Source of the DNA: Chrysemys picta bellii
Taxonomy: Eukaryota
Reading direction: 5' to 3'
Length of the DNA stretch: 64,000 nt
NCBI RefSeq assembly: GCF_011386835.1
Contig: NC_088791.1
Location: forward strand, 243,536,001 to 243,600,000
Shown: in pieces, positions 36,601 through 49,159 of the stretch
Layout of the letters: each line of letters opens with the position of its first letter
Position numbering within the stretch: position 1 is the stretch's first letter
The notes under the pieces: generated by a model
Databases searched by the model: none
What the model was told of the DNA's origin: nothing
Seen by the model: only the letters and a program-made list of their open reading frames with translations
Position numbers and translations under genes: made by a program

Positions 36601-38659
36601 GTAGATGGTGATGTCGGGCGATTGTGGCTCCTAATTGCTAACACTGTTGCACAGAGGTAAAAGAATGCAGTATGAACTCTGCACCTGCGATCTCGCCCTG
36701 CCCTCTGTTTCTGATCTGTGATGCACACACCATAATATGGCAAACCCCTCCGCCTCCCAGAGGAGAATCGGCCTGGCAGATTCCAGATAGATGAATTCTG
36801 AGTGCAGAACATACTAAAACATCACACATTGAAAAACAATTCAAATCCAGTTCTGAAAACGATCTGTAATATGTCAGTATTTTTGGATCTGTGACCGCTT
36901 CACATGCCCACAGAGTGCCAGAGCAAACTGGTTTGACTTACTTGACTTGACTTACCCTAAGAACATATGAGCCAGCTGACTTTCAACAACTGAGAGTTGA
37001 TACAGGACTGGGTGGTCATTGATGTATAGCAGGTATTCCAGATGCCATAACAAGTGTACTTGGATACACTAGGTTTCTGACGTCAAGTTTGAAATTTGCT
37101 TCGCTGTAAAAATTGGTTGCAATCTGCTTTTCAGTGAGCATGGTTCACACACAGAAATTTTTCCTGGTGTCCTCTTCAGTAACTTATAGTCTGAGGATTA
37201 AAACATCAGGAATAATTATAGGCATAAAAAGACTACATAAACACTGCAAAAAGAATTATACAAATTGACTGAAAATGCACTTTCTGCCAGAAGTTAACAT
37301 CAGGCCTGTGACAGCGTATTATGAAATGTGGCTGAAGATTTTTGCAGCATTCCTCTGGTTTCATCATTGAACCTGAGGGCATTGCCAAATTACAACAGGA
37401 GCATTAGTGTACATTTTTGTGTTTGTTTTTAATTTTGTGATAACAGTGGGATTAGAAAGCCCTGAGCTATCATTTTGCCATATGGCAAACTCAGCCTGGA
37501 GACTCTCTTGATATCTTTTGTTTGCCTGAATATGTGGTGTCTAGTCATTCATTCCAGACCAAGTTGTAACCAGTCACGTGGTGCATTTACATATAACAAA
37601 TGAATCAAGTTAATCTTCACAATAATGGTTATCCTCCCGCCCCTCACACATGCTTTCCTTTTCAGCATATGAACAGAGCTGTTCAGTAGATTTAGGGCTT
37701 GATCCAAAGCCCATTGAAGCCAATGGAAATACTTCCCATTGACTTCAGCGGACTCTGAATAAGGTTCTCTGGGCTGAATTTTGCTGCCCTTATTCATGCT
37801 AGTAGCATTTACCCAGGAGCAGTGCTACTGACATCAATGGGATTTGCTTCAGTATGAGTTGCTACTCAGCAATGAGTAAGGGTTTCCGAATCAAGCATTT
37901 AAAAATACTTCCTGGGACAAAAATCATCTTTAGGAATTTTTAAAGCATAGCAAAGAAAATGTATGTTATTAGATGCAATATCTGCAGCCAGTCTATAATT
38001 CGTAAGGGCTTCAGGCTTAAAGTAAACACACTGAAGCCAGCTTTTTAGAAACTGGCTAAATGTAAAACCAGAGGCCATCTGATTGTCATTTTGTTTTTTA
38101 AATATACTTTGGTCACTTAAAGATTCACTAATGTGTGTATTTATAGAAAACTAATACTGTAAAACTCAAAATGTTTATTATGAATCAGTGGTCACTATAG
38201 TCACTCTTCTGAAAACTCATAACCACAGGCCATCTGCAGGACTCACTGGCAGAGGTTGCGTGGGAAGGTGAAAATAATTAAACACAATAAACTGTGTGAA
38301 TATGTTAAAAATTACAACACATTTTAAAGTGGAACTGGCTGGCTATTTTAGCTGACTTCAGAGAGCTGTGTTTTCCCCAGCAAGAGTTTATTCCTCATAT
38401 ATAAAGCTTGTGGGGGGCCAAATTTCACAAGCAGTTTCAGGTAATCATGATGGCATCTGCTGTGGTGGGGAAACACAGAACCTATGAGTTGGCCAGACAC
38501 GGAGGAGAAATTGATTTTCCAACTTAAAAAAAAAAAAGTTTTAAGAGCAGTTTTTAAATTTAAACCCATCTATTCTAGTGGCAGGCTTAAAGTCAGTCTG
38601 GATAAGAGTGGTGCTGTGGGTTAGCAGGGGAAGCATTTTGAAGAATTGGAGCAGACTAA

Positions 38660-38953
38660 GGATTTGTCAACAAGGGGCATCCAGGAAATTAATCTGAATT
38701 AACTAAAGGTGTGAATTTGAAGAGCATTAGTTAATCTGCATTAAACCCCTGTGTGAACAGCCTCACTCAGAATTAAAGTGGCCTTAATTTGGTTTGTCTT
38801 AGTTCACTTCCAAAGTGAATTAAACTAAACCAAATTAAAGCCACTTTAGTTCTGAATGAGGATGTTCACATAGGTGTTTAATATGGATTAACTAGTCCAC
38901 TTAAAAAGTTAATTTGGATTAATTTTCCTGAGTGTCCCTGTGTAGACAAGCCC
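38660..38953. mobile_element. Palindromic PIF/Harbinger-type MITE (about 295 bp, AT-rich)
   Basis: Ends ggatttgtcaaca...tgtgtagacaagccc with TAA on the left. Arms pair over most of the length around the centre ttcacttccaaagtgaa. Confidence 0.75.
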
Positions 38954-39086
38954 ATAAACCACAATCCTGAAAAGATGTACGCACGTGTTTAAGTTTAAGC
39001 ATGTAAGAAGTGTGGCAGAGCCCGCTCACTCCTGCCTCCTCTTAAGTCCTCAGGTAAAACACCCCATGCAGTTTATATACAATGTT

Positions 39087-40210
39087 TAGGGCCCTACCAC
39101 ATTCACAGTCTATTTTGGAAAATTTCATGATCATAGAATTTTAAAAATCTTTAATTTCATGGTTTCAGATGTTTAAATATGAAATTTCATGGTGGGTTAA
39201 CCGTGGGGGTTCCAACCAAAAGAAGTTTGTGGGGGGGTGATCTCAAGGCTCCTGTATTGGGGATGTAATATTGACACCCTTATTTCTGCACTGCTGCTGG
39301 CAGTGGCGCTGCCTTCAGAGCTGGGTGGCTGGAGAGCAGCGGCTGCTGGCCGGGCACCCAACTCTGAAGGTAGCACCACCAGCAGCAGCGCCGAAGTGAG
39401 GGTGGGGCATGGTATAGTATTACCACCCTTACTTCTGCGCTGATGCTTGTGACAGCTCTGCCTTCAGAGCTGGGCTCCCAGCCAGCAGCCATGGAGCTTC
39501 CTGCAGCTGGGGGAGGTTCCCAAAGGTAGGTGTGACCCAGCCCTGGGAGCGGCCCATGCAGGGGAAGGGGAAGTCCCATCCCTCCCCAGCCCACATTTAA
39601 GGTGTGAATTCAGACTGCAGCAGGTTGTGTAGACACTCTTGTTCCAGTTTAACAGGGGGCTCAGGGTGCAGGAGGGGTGCAGGGTACAGCAGGGGTTGGG
39701 GTGCAGGAGGAGTGCAGCATGTGGCTCAGGGCAGTGGGTTGGGGTGCAGGAGGGGTGCAGGGGTGAGGCAGATGGTCGGGGTGCAGGAGGGGTGCAGCAT
39801 GGGGCTCAGGACAGGCTGCAGGAGGGGGTCGGGGGGCAGGATCTGACTCCCTCCCTGCCTGCCTGTCTGCCCCCATGCCGCTCCAGGAAGAGGCTGGAAC
39901 GTGGGGAAGGGGAGGCAGAGGGGCTGTGTGTTGTTTCAGGCACCGCCCCCAGCAGCTCCCATTGGCTGCGGTTCCCCGTTCCCGGCCAATTGGAGCTGCT
40001 GGGGGCGGTGCCTGAAGCAACACACAGCCCCTCTGCCCCCCCCTTCCCCACGTTCCAGCCTCTTCCCGGAGCGTTGTGGGGGCAGGGCAGGCAGGCAGGG
40101 AGCATGCCCTGCCCCAGGTGCACGTCCGGCCAGAGCCGCTCTAGATAAACACTGGGGGAGGGGGGGGGGGGGCTGCAAGGGGCCCGCGGGCTGCGTGTTT
40201 GAGACCCCTG
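39087..40210. mobile_element. GC-rich composite of DNA-transposon remnants
   Basis: Starts TAGGGCCCTACCACATTCAC and ends GTTTGAGACCCCTG (a hAT-type terminus). The two termini do not match, so probably two fused or nested elements. Confidence 0.6.
39655..39840. repeat. GGGGTGCAGGAG-type degenerate tandem repeat
   Basis: Repeated gggtgcagga/gggtgcagc units. Confidence 0.75.
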
Positions 40211-41515
40211 TTCTAACCTACGCAGATTGTGTCCAGGTGCCATGATGAGTAGCACCTTATACATAAGTATAATAAGTAATAATGATTTTGGATAGTTTTA
40301 TGCATTTGCTTTTTAACAATTTCTGGTCACATTTACATTTTATCCAGTTGTAGTTTGCATTAGAACTAATGTACTGAAGAAAATGATTCCTCAGTTCCTG
40401 AACACATCAGATACTGTTGCCTTGTTGTATAAATGCCTGATATGTGCTAAAGGATCAAATGTCATACTTTCCAGAAATTTCTGGAACACACACATACCTG
40501 TACACCACAAAGCTTTTGCTGTAAGTGGTATCTAATACCCAAGTGCCTCCCATTGCCAATTCTTTTCTTCCCTGTGTGCAGGTCAGATACTTACACTTAT
40601 ACAAATGTTCTACCATGAGAAAAAAAAATCCAAAACAAAATGCGCCAGTGCACACGCTTCTCTCACTGGGAGGCGGATGAGAGAACAAATATGTGGCTAA
40701 TGTGTTGTCTCATTGCTTAATGCACTGCTGGAAGGTGGTCAGATGCAACAGTGATGATAGTGGCATAAGAACCAATAGAACTGAATAGAATGTTTTTGTT
40801 GTTTAGATACTTTATTTCATAAAGCTGGCATGTTGCTATTGTATCTGAGTTAGAGAGACAAAACCAAAAATAACCATAGTGGAAAACAGGATTGAACATT
40901 TTGTTGTGAATAAGAACAGCATTTGCATTTACACTATATAGTAGCTAATATAAAAATGATAAGTTCCTGCTTCTTCAAGGCAAATAGCTTCAGGTAATCA
41001 GCAGCTGGGGTCCAGAAGAAATCCCCTTCTGCTCCTGTTGTTTGATTGTAGTAAAAGAGTTTATACCTGCCTGTGATGCATTGGAGGCAAAATATCAGCC
41101 TAAATCTGTCATTTCTGTTCCAGGATGGCAGTGCTTTGTATTTTTTTATGGGACTTGTATCTTGTTTAAGATGTGAACTATTTAAGCAGAATCTTCACTA
41201 TTCAACAATAGCATTTGAGGTTTACTATTTTATTGTAGAATGTTTTTTTTTTAAATTACCAGTTTCTGTTATTAATTGAAGTTATTAGAGTTTGAATTGA
41301 GTTCATATTGCACTCTTTAGTATTAGCAGATTAGGTTGCTGGATAAAGAGAAGTGTTGTTAGAAGTGCTGTGAGTGCAATGAGTAGGCATAGTATTAATT
41401 ATTTATATAATGGTTGCACCAGGGAACCCCAGTCAAGTGTCAGTACCCCCATTGTGTGAGGTTCTATACAGACATGTAACAAAGACAAGCCTGCCCCAGA
41501 GAGCTCTGAGTCTAT

Positions 41516-41810
41516 GGGCAGGTCTACACTATGGAGCTAAGTCAACCTAAGTTACGCAACTTTAGCTATGTGAATAATGTAGCTGGAGTTAATGTACCTT
41601 AGGTTGACTTATTGCGGTGTCTACACTGCACCGGGTCGATGGGAGAGTTTCTCCCATTGACTTACCTTATACTTCTCGTTCCGATGGAGTACTGGAGTCA
41701 ACAGGAGAGCGATCAGCAGTCGATTTAGCGGGTCTTCACTAGACCCGCTAAATCGACCCCCAGTGGATCAATCACCACGCAGCAATCCCCTGATAAGTGA
41801 AGACAAGCCC
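41516..41810 (+). mobile_element. PIF/Harbinger-type MITE (295 bp)
   Basis: TIR GGGCAGGTCTACACT...AGTGAAGACAAGCCC. 3-bp TSD TAT / TAT. Internal 17-bp hairpin at 41719-41757. Confidence 0.85.
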
Positions 41811-42309
41811 TATATGGCAGGATGCAACAGGTGGATAGAACATACAAACGGGGTGAAGGTGTAATGAGAGGATAGCACAATAAAATGAACAGTCTAATAG
41901 AAAGGGATCAGAAAAGCAATGGTATTGGCTCACCACTCACCTAACCATAGCTGGTGCATTTTGGCCTAGTAGTAGTATGAGAAATTTCATTTTTGGTCCC
42001 TCATGCTCAACTCTGAATTTAAGGTAATTATTCCCCTGCAGGGGCCTGAACCAGAAAGAGGTGTTACTGACTTTGTTTCTTTTAAATTCTTATGTAAAAG
42101 GAGTGATAACAGAGGTGAAATGAAATCCATTTTATCAACTATCCTTTCTGCCAGAATGGATACACCTATTACAAATCTTTCAAAGGCTTAAGCAGCTTCT
42201 ATTAAGCCTTGTTGACTTTTGCAAATCTGAGCACCTTCTTATTAATTACAGTACAAGAAGAGTCATGACATCTGGAAGGAAATGATATGTTGGTCACTGT
42301 ATCAAAGAA

Positions 42310-42525
42310 AGGTTTCAGAGTAGCAGCCGTGTTAGTCTGTATCCGCAAAAAGAAGAACAGGAGGACTTGTGGCACCTTAGAGACTAACAAATTTATTAGA
42401 GCATAAGCTTTCGTGGACTATAGCCCACTTCTATGCATCCGAAGAAGTGGGCTATAGTCCACGAAAGCTTATGCTCTAATAAATTTGTTAGTCTCTAAGG
42501 TGCCACAAGTCCTCCTGTTCTTCTT
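42310..42525. mobile_element. Young Penelope-like pseudo-LTR inversion (216 bp)
   Basis: aggtttcagagtagcagccgtgttagtctgtatcc head. Perfect 83-bp IR at 42350-42432 / 42443-42525. 11-bp TSD GTATCAAAGAA at 42299-42309 and 42526-42536. Confidence 0.92.
42435..42474 (+). ncRNA. Putative minimal type-I hammerhead ribozyme motif (Penelope-associated)
   Basis: GCAU-CCGAAGA-A-[GUGGGC UAUA GUCCAC]-GAAA-GC-U-U-AUGC. Stem I GCAU/AUGC, core CYGANGA, stem II, GAAA, palindromic AGCU stem III. Activity untested. Confidence 0.6.
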
Positions 42526-43102
42526 GTATCAAAGAAGTTAACCCATTCACATATCTGCATCTCCCTCTCTCAGACAAGAAACTAGTGGCCACTTATTGTG
42601 GAAACCAACAATCAGTCTTTTAAAATGATGCTGGGAATCTTTCATTCTTTTTAGAGTCAGAGGGTAAACTGGTCCCTCCAACTATTAAAGAATTTAAACC
42701 ATTTCAGTGTCCTTGGAGTAATTTACAAAAGACCATATTAGGATCCAAGAGGCCTGCAGCAATACAAAGATTGCAGAATCTTCAGTTGCTCTGAGCACCG
42801 ATCTTATGCACAATAATTATTGACTAAACCTCAATGCTATGGACAACACCTCTGTCCCTGGGCTGTGCCTTCAGAAGCACTGAGGCCTGAAATACTCATT
42901 AATTCAGAGCACTTTTGATTCCCTAAAATCTCAAAGACTGTGTGAAGCTGAGCTTCCCTTTACTCCTAGAACAGAAGCTGGATGAATGAACAAATGCATA
43001 TTTCTCTTCTCACTGCTAATAAAATATCACCCTGCTAGTCTTATTTGAAAATAACTTATTGCCGTGAAAAAAATATTTGGATATTTTGACATGTAACACC
43101 CT

Positions 43103-44031
43103 TAGGGTTACCATTCGTCCGGATTTACCCGGACCCCATGTCCTCCTTTTGTGTGCTAAAAATAGCGTCCGGGGGGAATTTGTAAAGCACTCACAATGTC
43201 CGGGATTTCCCCCCTCCTCCGGCAGAGCAGAGCGAGCGGCTGGGAGGGCTGCAGGAAAGTCCCGGGCTGGACTCCGGAGCAGCTTCCTCCTCCCACCCCC
43301 CCCCCTCCCTGCATTCTGAGCCGGCCAGCAGCTCCTCCTCCTGCAGCCCGCTCCGGCAGCCCTGTGCAGGGCCAGGGACCGGGTTTTGTTGTGCTGGGGA
43401 GCTCAGCCATGTGTCCGGCTCGCACAGAGCCCAACACCCTGTTCTGAGCAGCAGGGTAAGGGGGCCAGGGAGGTTCTGGAGGGGGCAGTCAAGAAACGGG
43501 GGGGGGGCTTTTGGAGGGGAGTGGAGAAAGTTTTGGGCAGTCAGGGTACAGGTAGGGGGTGGGGTTCTGGAGGGCAGTTAGGAGCAGGGGTCCCAGGAGG
43601 GGGCAGTCAGGGGACAAGGAGCGGGGGGTAGGGGGCTGGGAGTTCTGGGGGGGAGCTGTCAGGGGGCAGGAGTGGGGAGAGGGATCAGAGCAGTCAGGGG
43701 ACAGGGAGCAGAGGGGTTTAGATGGGTTGGGAGTTCTGGGGGGGGGCTGTCAGGGGGTGGGGAGTGGTTGGATGGGGCGTGGGAGTCCCAGGGGTCTGTC
43801 TGGGGGTGGGGGTGTGGATAAGGGTTGGGGCAGTCAGGGGACAAGAGGCAAGGAGGCTTAGATAGGGAGTGGAGTCCTGGGGGGCAGTTAGGGGCAGGGG
43901 TCCCAGGAGGGGGCAGTCAGGGGACAAGGAACGGGGGGAGGGTTGGGGGTTCTGGGGGGGCGGGAAGTGGGCGGGGCTAGGGCGGGGCTCCTCCCGTCCT
44001 CTTTTTTGCTTGTTGAAATATGGTAACCCTT
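43103..44031. mobile_element. hAT (Tip100-like termini) non-autonomous element (929 bp) with G-rich tandem array
   Basis: TIR (T)AGGGTTACCAT...ATGGTAACCCT. TSD AACACCCT at 43095-43102 and 44032-44039. Repeated gggggcagtcaggggacaagga units at 43480-43960. Confidence 0.88.
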
Positions 44032-45789
44032 AACACCCTATTAACAGCTTTTGGGAACCTGAGGTTTCAGACCTTTTATGCTCACAGGACTCTGGTCAGG
44101 TTAAGTATTAAAACTTTTTTAAAAGCCATGGGGCAGCTCTCATTCTGCCCCTTGACTTTAATGCTATGATATCACAACAGCAGTGTGACTGTCTTCTTGC
44201 TAATTCCCAGAAATATGTTGCAAGAGTGGTAGCAATGTTTGTTCTCCTAGTTTCTAGGCCACACTCAAGGGAGTGTAATAAAATCTGTAAAAATAAAATC
44301 TCATTTTACTTCTCATTCTGTAATTCAATGCATCTTTTATGAATTGTTTGTGGGATTATTTCATTGTTGTGTATTTATGAGCAATGTCTAGTACATGCAA
44401 AGTTTGGTAATTTTGCATTGCTTACACATGGCCTCTTTCTGGGCCTGGCCATTAATTCTGAGAGAAGAATACACCTCTTCCAACACCCATATGAGTACAA
44501 TGGACCAGCCCAATATTGCTTAGTTTGTTAGAGCTGATGAAGTTCCAGCCTGAGCTAGTATGGCTGTCATAAGTGTTAGCCAAGTGGAAATATATACATT
44601 AGAAATATGGGACAAAATGACCTACAAAAATCAAAATTTGTACCCATGTTTCTTCTTTCTGTAAAACTACAAGTCTCAGCTGTCTGTCCTTTAACAAAGT
44701 TACAAAGCAAGACTAAATCATTTTGTTTGCTTCTCAAATGAAACCCATCCCTCTTGAAAGCCAGCAAATAGTGTTAACTTTGTATGCATAAGGTTAAAGT
44801 GTGTCAAACCACATTTTGTTTTTGATTCTTTTTTATTCAAATATTCAACAAGTTAGTTTGCTATGGCTTTCTACCAATGTGGGTGTTAATCCCAAAGCTT
44901 CCTTTTTTCTTATAAGAAAGACTAGAACCAGAGAGTTAACTAGTCAATAATCTAAATAATTTGGTGTTTAAAGAATTAATTATTTAATTAATTTGTTTAA
45001 GATCTGATTTATTTATAAATCTTTTTCTCATTTCAGAATCACAAGTTATCAAAAAAAAGTTGAATAAAGAAAAACATGGTAGATTCTGCTGTAGTTCAGA
45101 TATATTATTTTCTATTTCATCAAATGTTTCCAAACAAATTCTTGTATTGTACATCAGATTAATTTAAATGGTCCATAAAATACAATTGGTCTGGCATACC
45201 TGACTAAATAATTGATTTCATATTTGTTCTATACCAGAAAATGCTGAGAAATATGCTAGGTTTCACAATGACTTCTCAATTAATCTAATAATTTGTTTTA
45301 GGGAGGTGTATGTGGAAGAGAAAACATGCCCTATGTCTGTTTGAAAATCAAAGTTAGGGTGAAATTATTCTAAAGGGCCATAGACCCTAGGGACTGGCAG
45401 TTTTATGATGCTAAATTGTTTTATAGTGTTATCCCTTTTGACTCTGATTTTAATAATGCATTTGTGGCCAATGGAAGGCTACTTATGAAATGGATAAATG
45501 CTATTTCCTTTGCCAGGTTGCAGGGTGACTTATTTATTTAATATGCAAATAATCACAGGAGCCAGGGTCACATGCTGCACTAGCTTCTTAGGTGTTGGGC
45601 TAGAAAGAATTATTAGAGGAGAGTCTTAGTTCTTCTTCAGTTAATATAACCTACAAATCCATAATATAACAACTAGTGAGTCTGTTATGATTTTCCTCCA
45701 CCTCTACCCAAATGTCAGAATTATGATTAAAAACAAAGAACTTCCATTGTTTTTAAATGTCCCCATCAAGCCAGCCACTAATTTCCTGG

Positions 45790-45910
45790 ATTGATTGTTT
45801 TCACCTGTAACCTCAGCAATGGCATGTGCAGGCCAGGCCACAAGTCAGTGGCAGAGCTAGAATCAGAACCCACTAGTCTAAACTCTTCATTGCAGACATT
45901 AGCCACTAGA
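45790..45910 (-). mobile_element. MIR-like SINE fragment
   Basis: caagtcagtggcagagctagaatcagaaccc..cattagccactaga, an antisense MIR head. Confidence 0.5.
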
Positions 45911-48900
45911 GACGCTGAGTGAAACCCTGGCCCCATTGAAATCAATGGAAGTTTTGTCATTGACATCAGTGGTAATGGGATCTTATACACTGTCTCTTTT
46001 GGGTCATTCCACTTTAGCAGTTTTGGATAATTTTATCAGGTTATTGAGATATTTTCATTTTTCCAGTAACAAATAAGGTTGACTGTTTTAGCCTTTCCCA
46101 CTAAGTACTTGCAGTGAGGGCACTGAACGTTGTTGTCTGGGCATATGGTACATTATCTATTTTTAAAGTTCTCATTCTTTTGATAATCATATCCACTGTA
46201 CACTATCAGCTGTAACCCTCTGTACCAGACCAGGAAATATGATGAGATAGGACAGGCATCTCTCCATCAACTTCCTCCTCTGGTTAAAAAGAAAAAAAAG
46301 AGAGAGAGAAATACCAATGTAACAAATCTATTGTAATTTAACCCCTCTTTCCAATTCATTATATTTTAGTGAACCAATTTTCTCTCTTACCTTCCATTTC
46401 TTGCAAATGCAGCATAGTTGAAGAACCCTATTAATAGTTAATACTCTGTTTTTTTCCCTTGCTAATTAGCTTGTTAACTTGGTTCCATCTATTTTTAAAG
46501 ATCTAATTTTTACCTCATTTGAATATTTAAATATATTTTAAGAGCCTGTCTTTATCACTTTATAGAATCCTGCCTCAGGCCCAGTTCAGCAAAGTGCTTA
46601 AGCATGTGTTTAACTTTAAGGACATGCTTAAGTCCCACTGAAGTCAATGCTTAAGTCCTTTGTGGAATTGGCACCTGAATTATTACAGCTTCTTTCCTTT
46701 TCTAAACTTTACTTTCATTTCAAATGTTCTGACCAAATCTAATTGGGGTTTATACAGGGATTTCTAAACAGGGATTTATCTGTATTTTTTCCAAGTGCTT
46801 TAAAAACGTTGTTTTACTTTTCACCACATATTAAATTAAAGAATTATTTAAAATGTTCATAAAATATAATTTGGTTGTTTTGCAACCCTCGTGATATTTG
46901 AAAACTAATGATATTATGATTAAGTCCTACATGCTCCTCAGCAGTTGACTCATGTCATCACATTATAATTACAGACCACTGACCACGTGCATGGTCTCCA
47001 TTAAAAGGTGAATATTTGCCATGAATTTCCACACAATATAGTATATGAGATAATACAGAATTAGCCTCTACCTAGAACCAGAAATAACTACTTACCACTG
47101 TGTGTTATTATCAGTCGATAAATACTGACCTTTTTAGTGATGACCACTGGATCTTATTCAGCAAATTCAAGATTGAAAGTTCATATCTAAATTCTGAGGA
47201 ATTTCAGATCCAGTATTCTCATTTGGACCCTTCTCTACCATACTATTCTATTTAGTTTAGGTTATTATCACAATCTCAATTCCAGTAATTAAAATCTTCC
47301 ATGATCCAAGTTTGAAAATTCCTTCACACCTCTTATATCTGAATTAACAATTTCCCTAGAGGACATAATCCAAGAATCACATATTGGATCCTACCTTTCC
47401 ATCATCAAAAGCCAATTTGGAATAGTAGAAGGAATGTATAGCATCCAAAACTGTAATATAAATTGACTGCAGCAAGGACTGACCAAGGTTAAATAAGCAG
47501 TGGAAGTGGTGGTTTACAGCTACTGACCTGAGGAAGTGCTCCCTGGTTGTTACTGACCTCCCAGATGGATAGCATTGAAACCATTTTTTTTTTAATTAAG
47601 ACTTTTTCCCTCTGGCTTTCTTATCTATTGATGTAGCTGGTGTTACATGAAAAATACCTAATTTAATTGGCTGGATCCCATTTTTCTATCAACTGCAATA
47701 AAGTTTCCTCATTTATTTAATGAGGCTGAGTTGGTAGGAAATTCAGTATTGGGAGCTTTAGAGTGAGAAAGGTAAAACGAAAGTTTCTGTTTCTTAGGGT
47801 GGATGCAGAAAAAAAGGGTTGAGTTAGTATGGCAAATACATATTTTCTCTCTTGGTCTCAGTGTTTATTTAGACTATGATCTAATTATTACCTTGTAAAC
47901 TGGAAAAACCCTTCAGCTATATCCTAGGCTCAGAAAAACCCTCTCAGGCTGAAAGAAGAGCTGTTTATAAGCCCAAGATGAGAGTGTTATTGGGGTGTCA
48001 AGAGGCACCTACAACTTACTGTGAAGCTGAAAATTCCAGCGTTTAAATATTTTAAGATGTTATTTTAAGATAATGATATATTTTAAATTCAGGCTGTACT
48101 AACGTTTCAGCACATTCCCCATAGTGATTTATTTATGTACACGGGGGAAGCAATGCATGTCCCCACATTGGCCTCCCCGCATGTGGGGGTCCAGGGGCAT
48201 AGTGCTGTCACACCTCCTGGTAATGTGCTGCCAGGGACTGATTTCCACAGGCACCCCTCCGTGCAGAGGGGTAGGAGCACAATTGGGTTATTGGTTTTGT
48301 CACTGAAGTCAGGAATTATGACGCTGAATACACCCAGTGGATGCAGATTTGCTCCACTTTTACAGTCACTTTTTTATTAACTATAACTGCAGTAAAATGT
48401 ATTTGCGAGGGCTAATTTTACTCATTTGATAAAGAATTAACCCTTCTCAAATGAACACTGTGCACATGCAGACTGAACATATAATCAAAAACCAAAACAC
48501 ACAGGTGCTATTTAAAGATGTTGACAGCAACCGACAGTCAGGCATTGACTGTACAATGGGTCCATCAACATGGCAGATCCAGGAAGCTGACAGTGTCAAA
48601 CATAATTCATTGTCAAATGGAAATTTGATCACTAGACCAAGAAAGCTAAATACTTTCAAAGCTTGTTACAGTGGATTACAGACCTCTGACAAAACAATGT
48701 TACCCAGGAATCTGCACTCCCTTCCGTTGCTGGAGGAAGGAAACCTAACATTGTTCTGCGAAGGCAAGAGGAAAATACATTCAAAAACTTTTATTCCAGA
48801 AAGGCCTCAGTTATGTGCTCCAAAAACTTCTCTTCTACCCCCAGAACTTACTGGGTCCTGTAACTAATTTGCATACACTTTTTTATAACATTTTATGTTC

Positions 48901-49159
48901 ATTAATTAATGCTTAGCTGAATCACAGTGAAACTGCTGTAGAAAGAACTGCCCAGGACAGCTATAAATATTAAATTAATTCCTGATGAATGATGGCTGCT
49001 ATTATACCGAATTTTAAATGAATTCATAATAATTGGACACTTAAAATGAATCATTACTGGGGTTCCATTTTGGAAGGCAGAACTGCTAAAGAGCACAGCA
49101 TTTCTGTGCTGCTAAAAACCCAAGGAAGAAGCCGGCCACTCTTAAAGAAATGTACTGCT

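Noticed and set aside
45543-45550. Octamer ATGCAAAT sites (also about 15682, 30504, 40921, 48867, 56393, 60269)
   Set aside because: A rough hand estimate gives several chance hits for this AT-rich 8-mer on two strands of 64 kb. No clustering.
48451-48867. 138-aa ORF in non-repetitive intron
   Set aside because: No domain or homology recognised. A rough estimate expects one or two ORFs this long by chance in six frames. tBLASTn and PhyloCSF would settle it.
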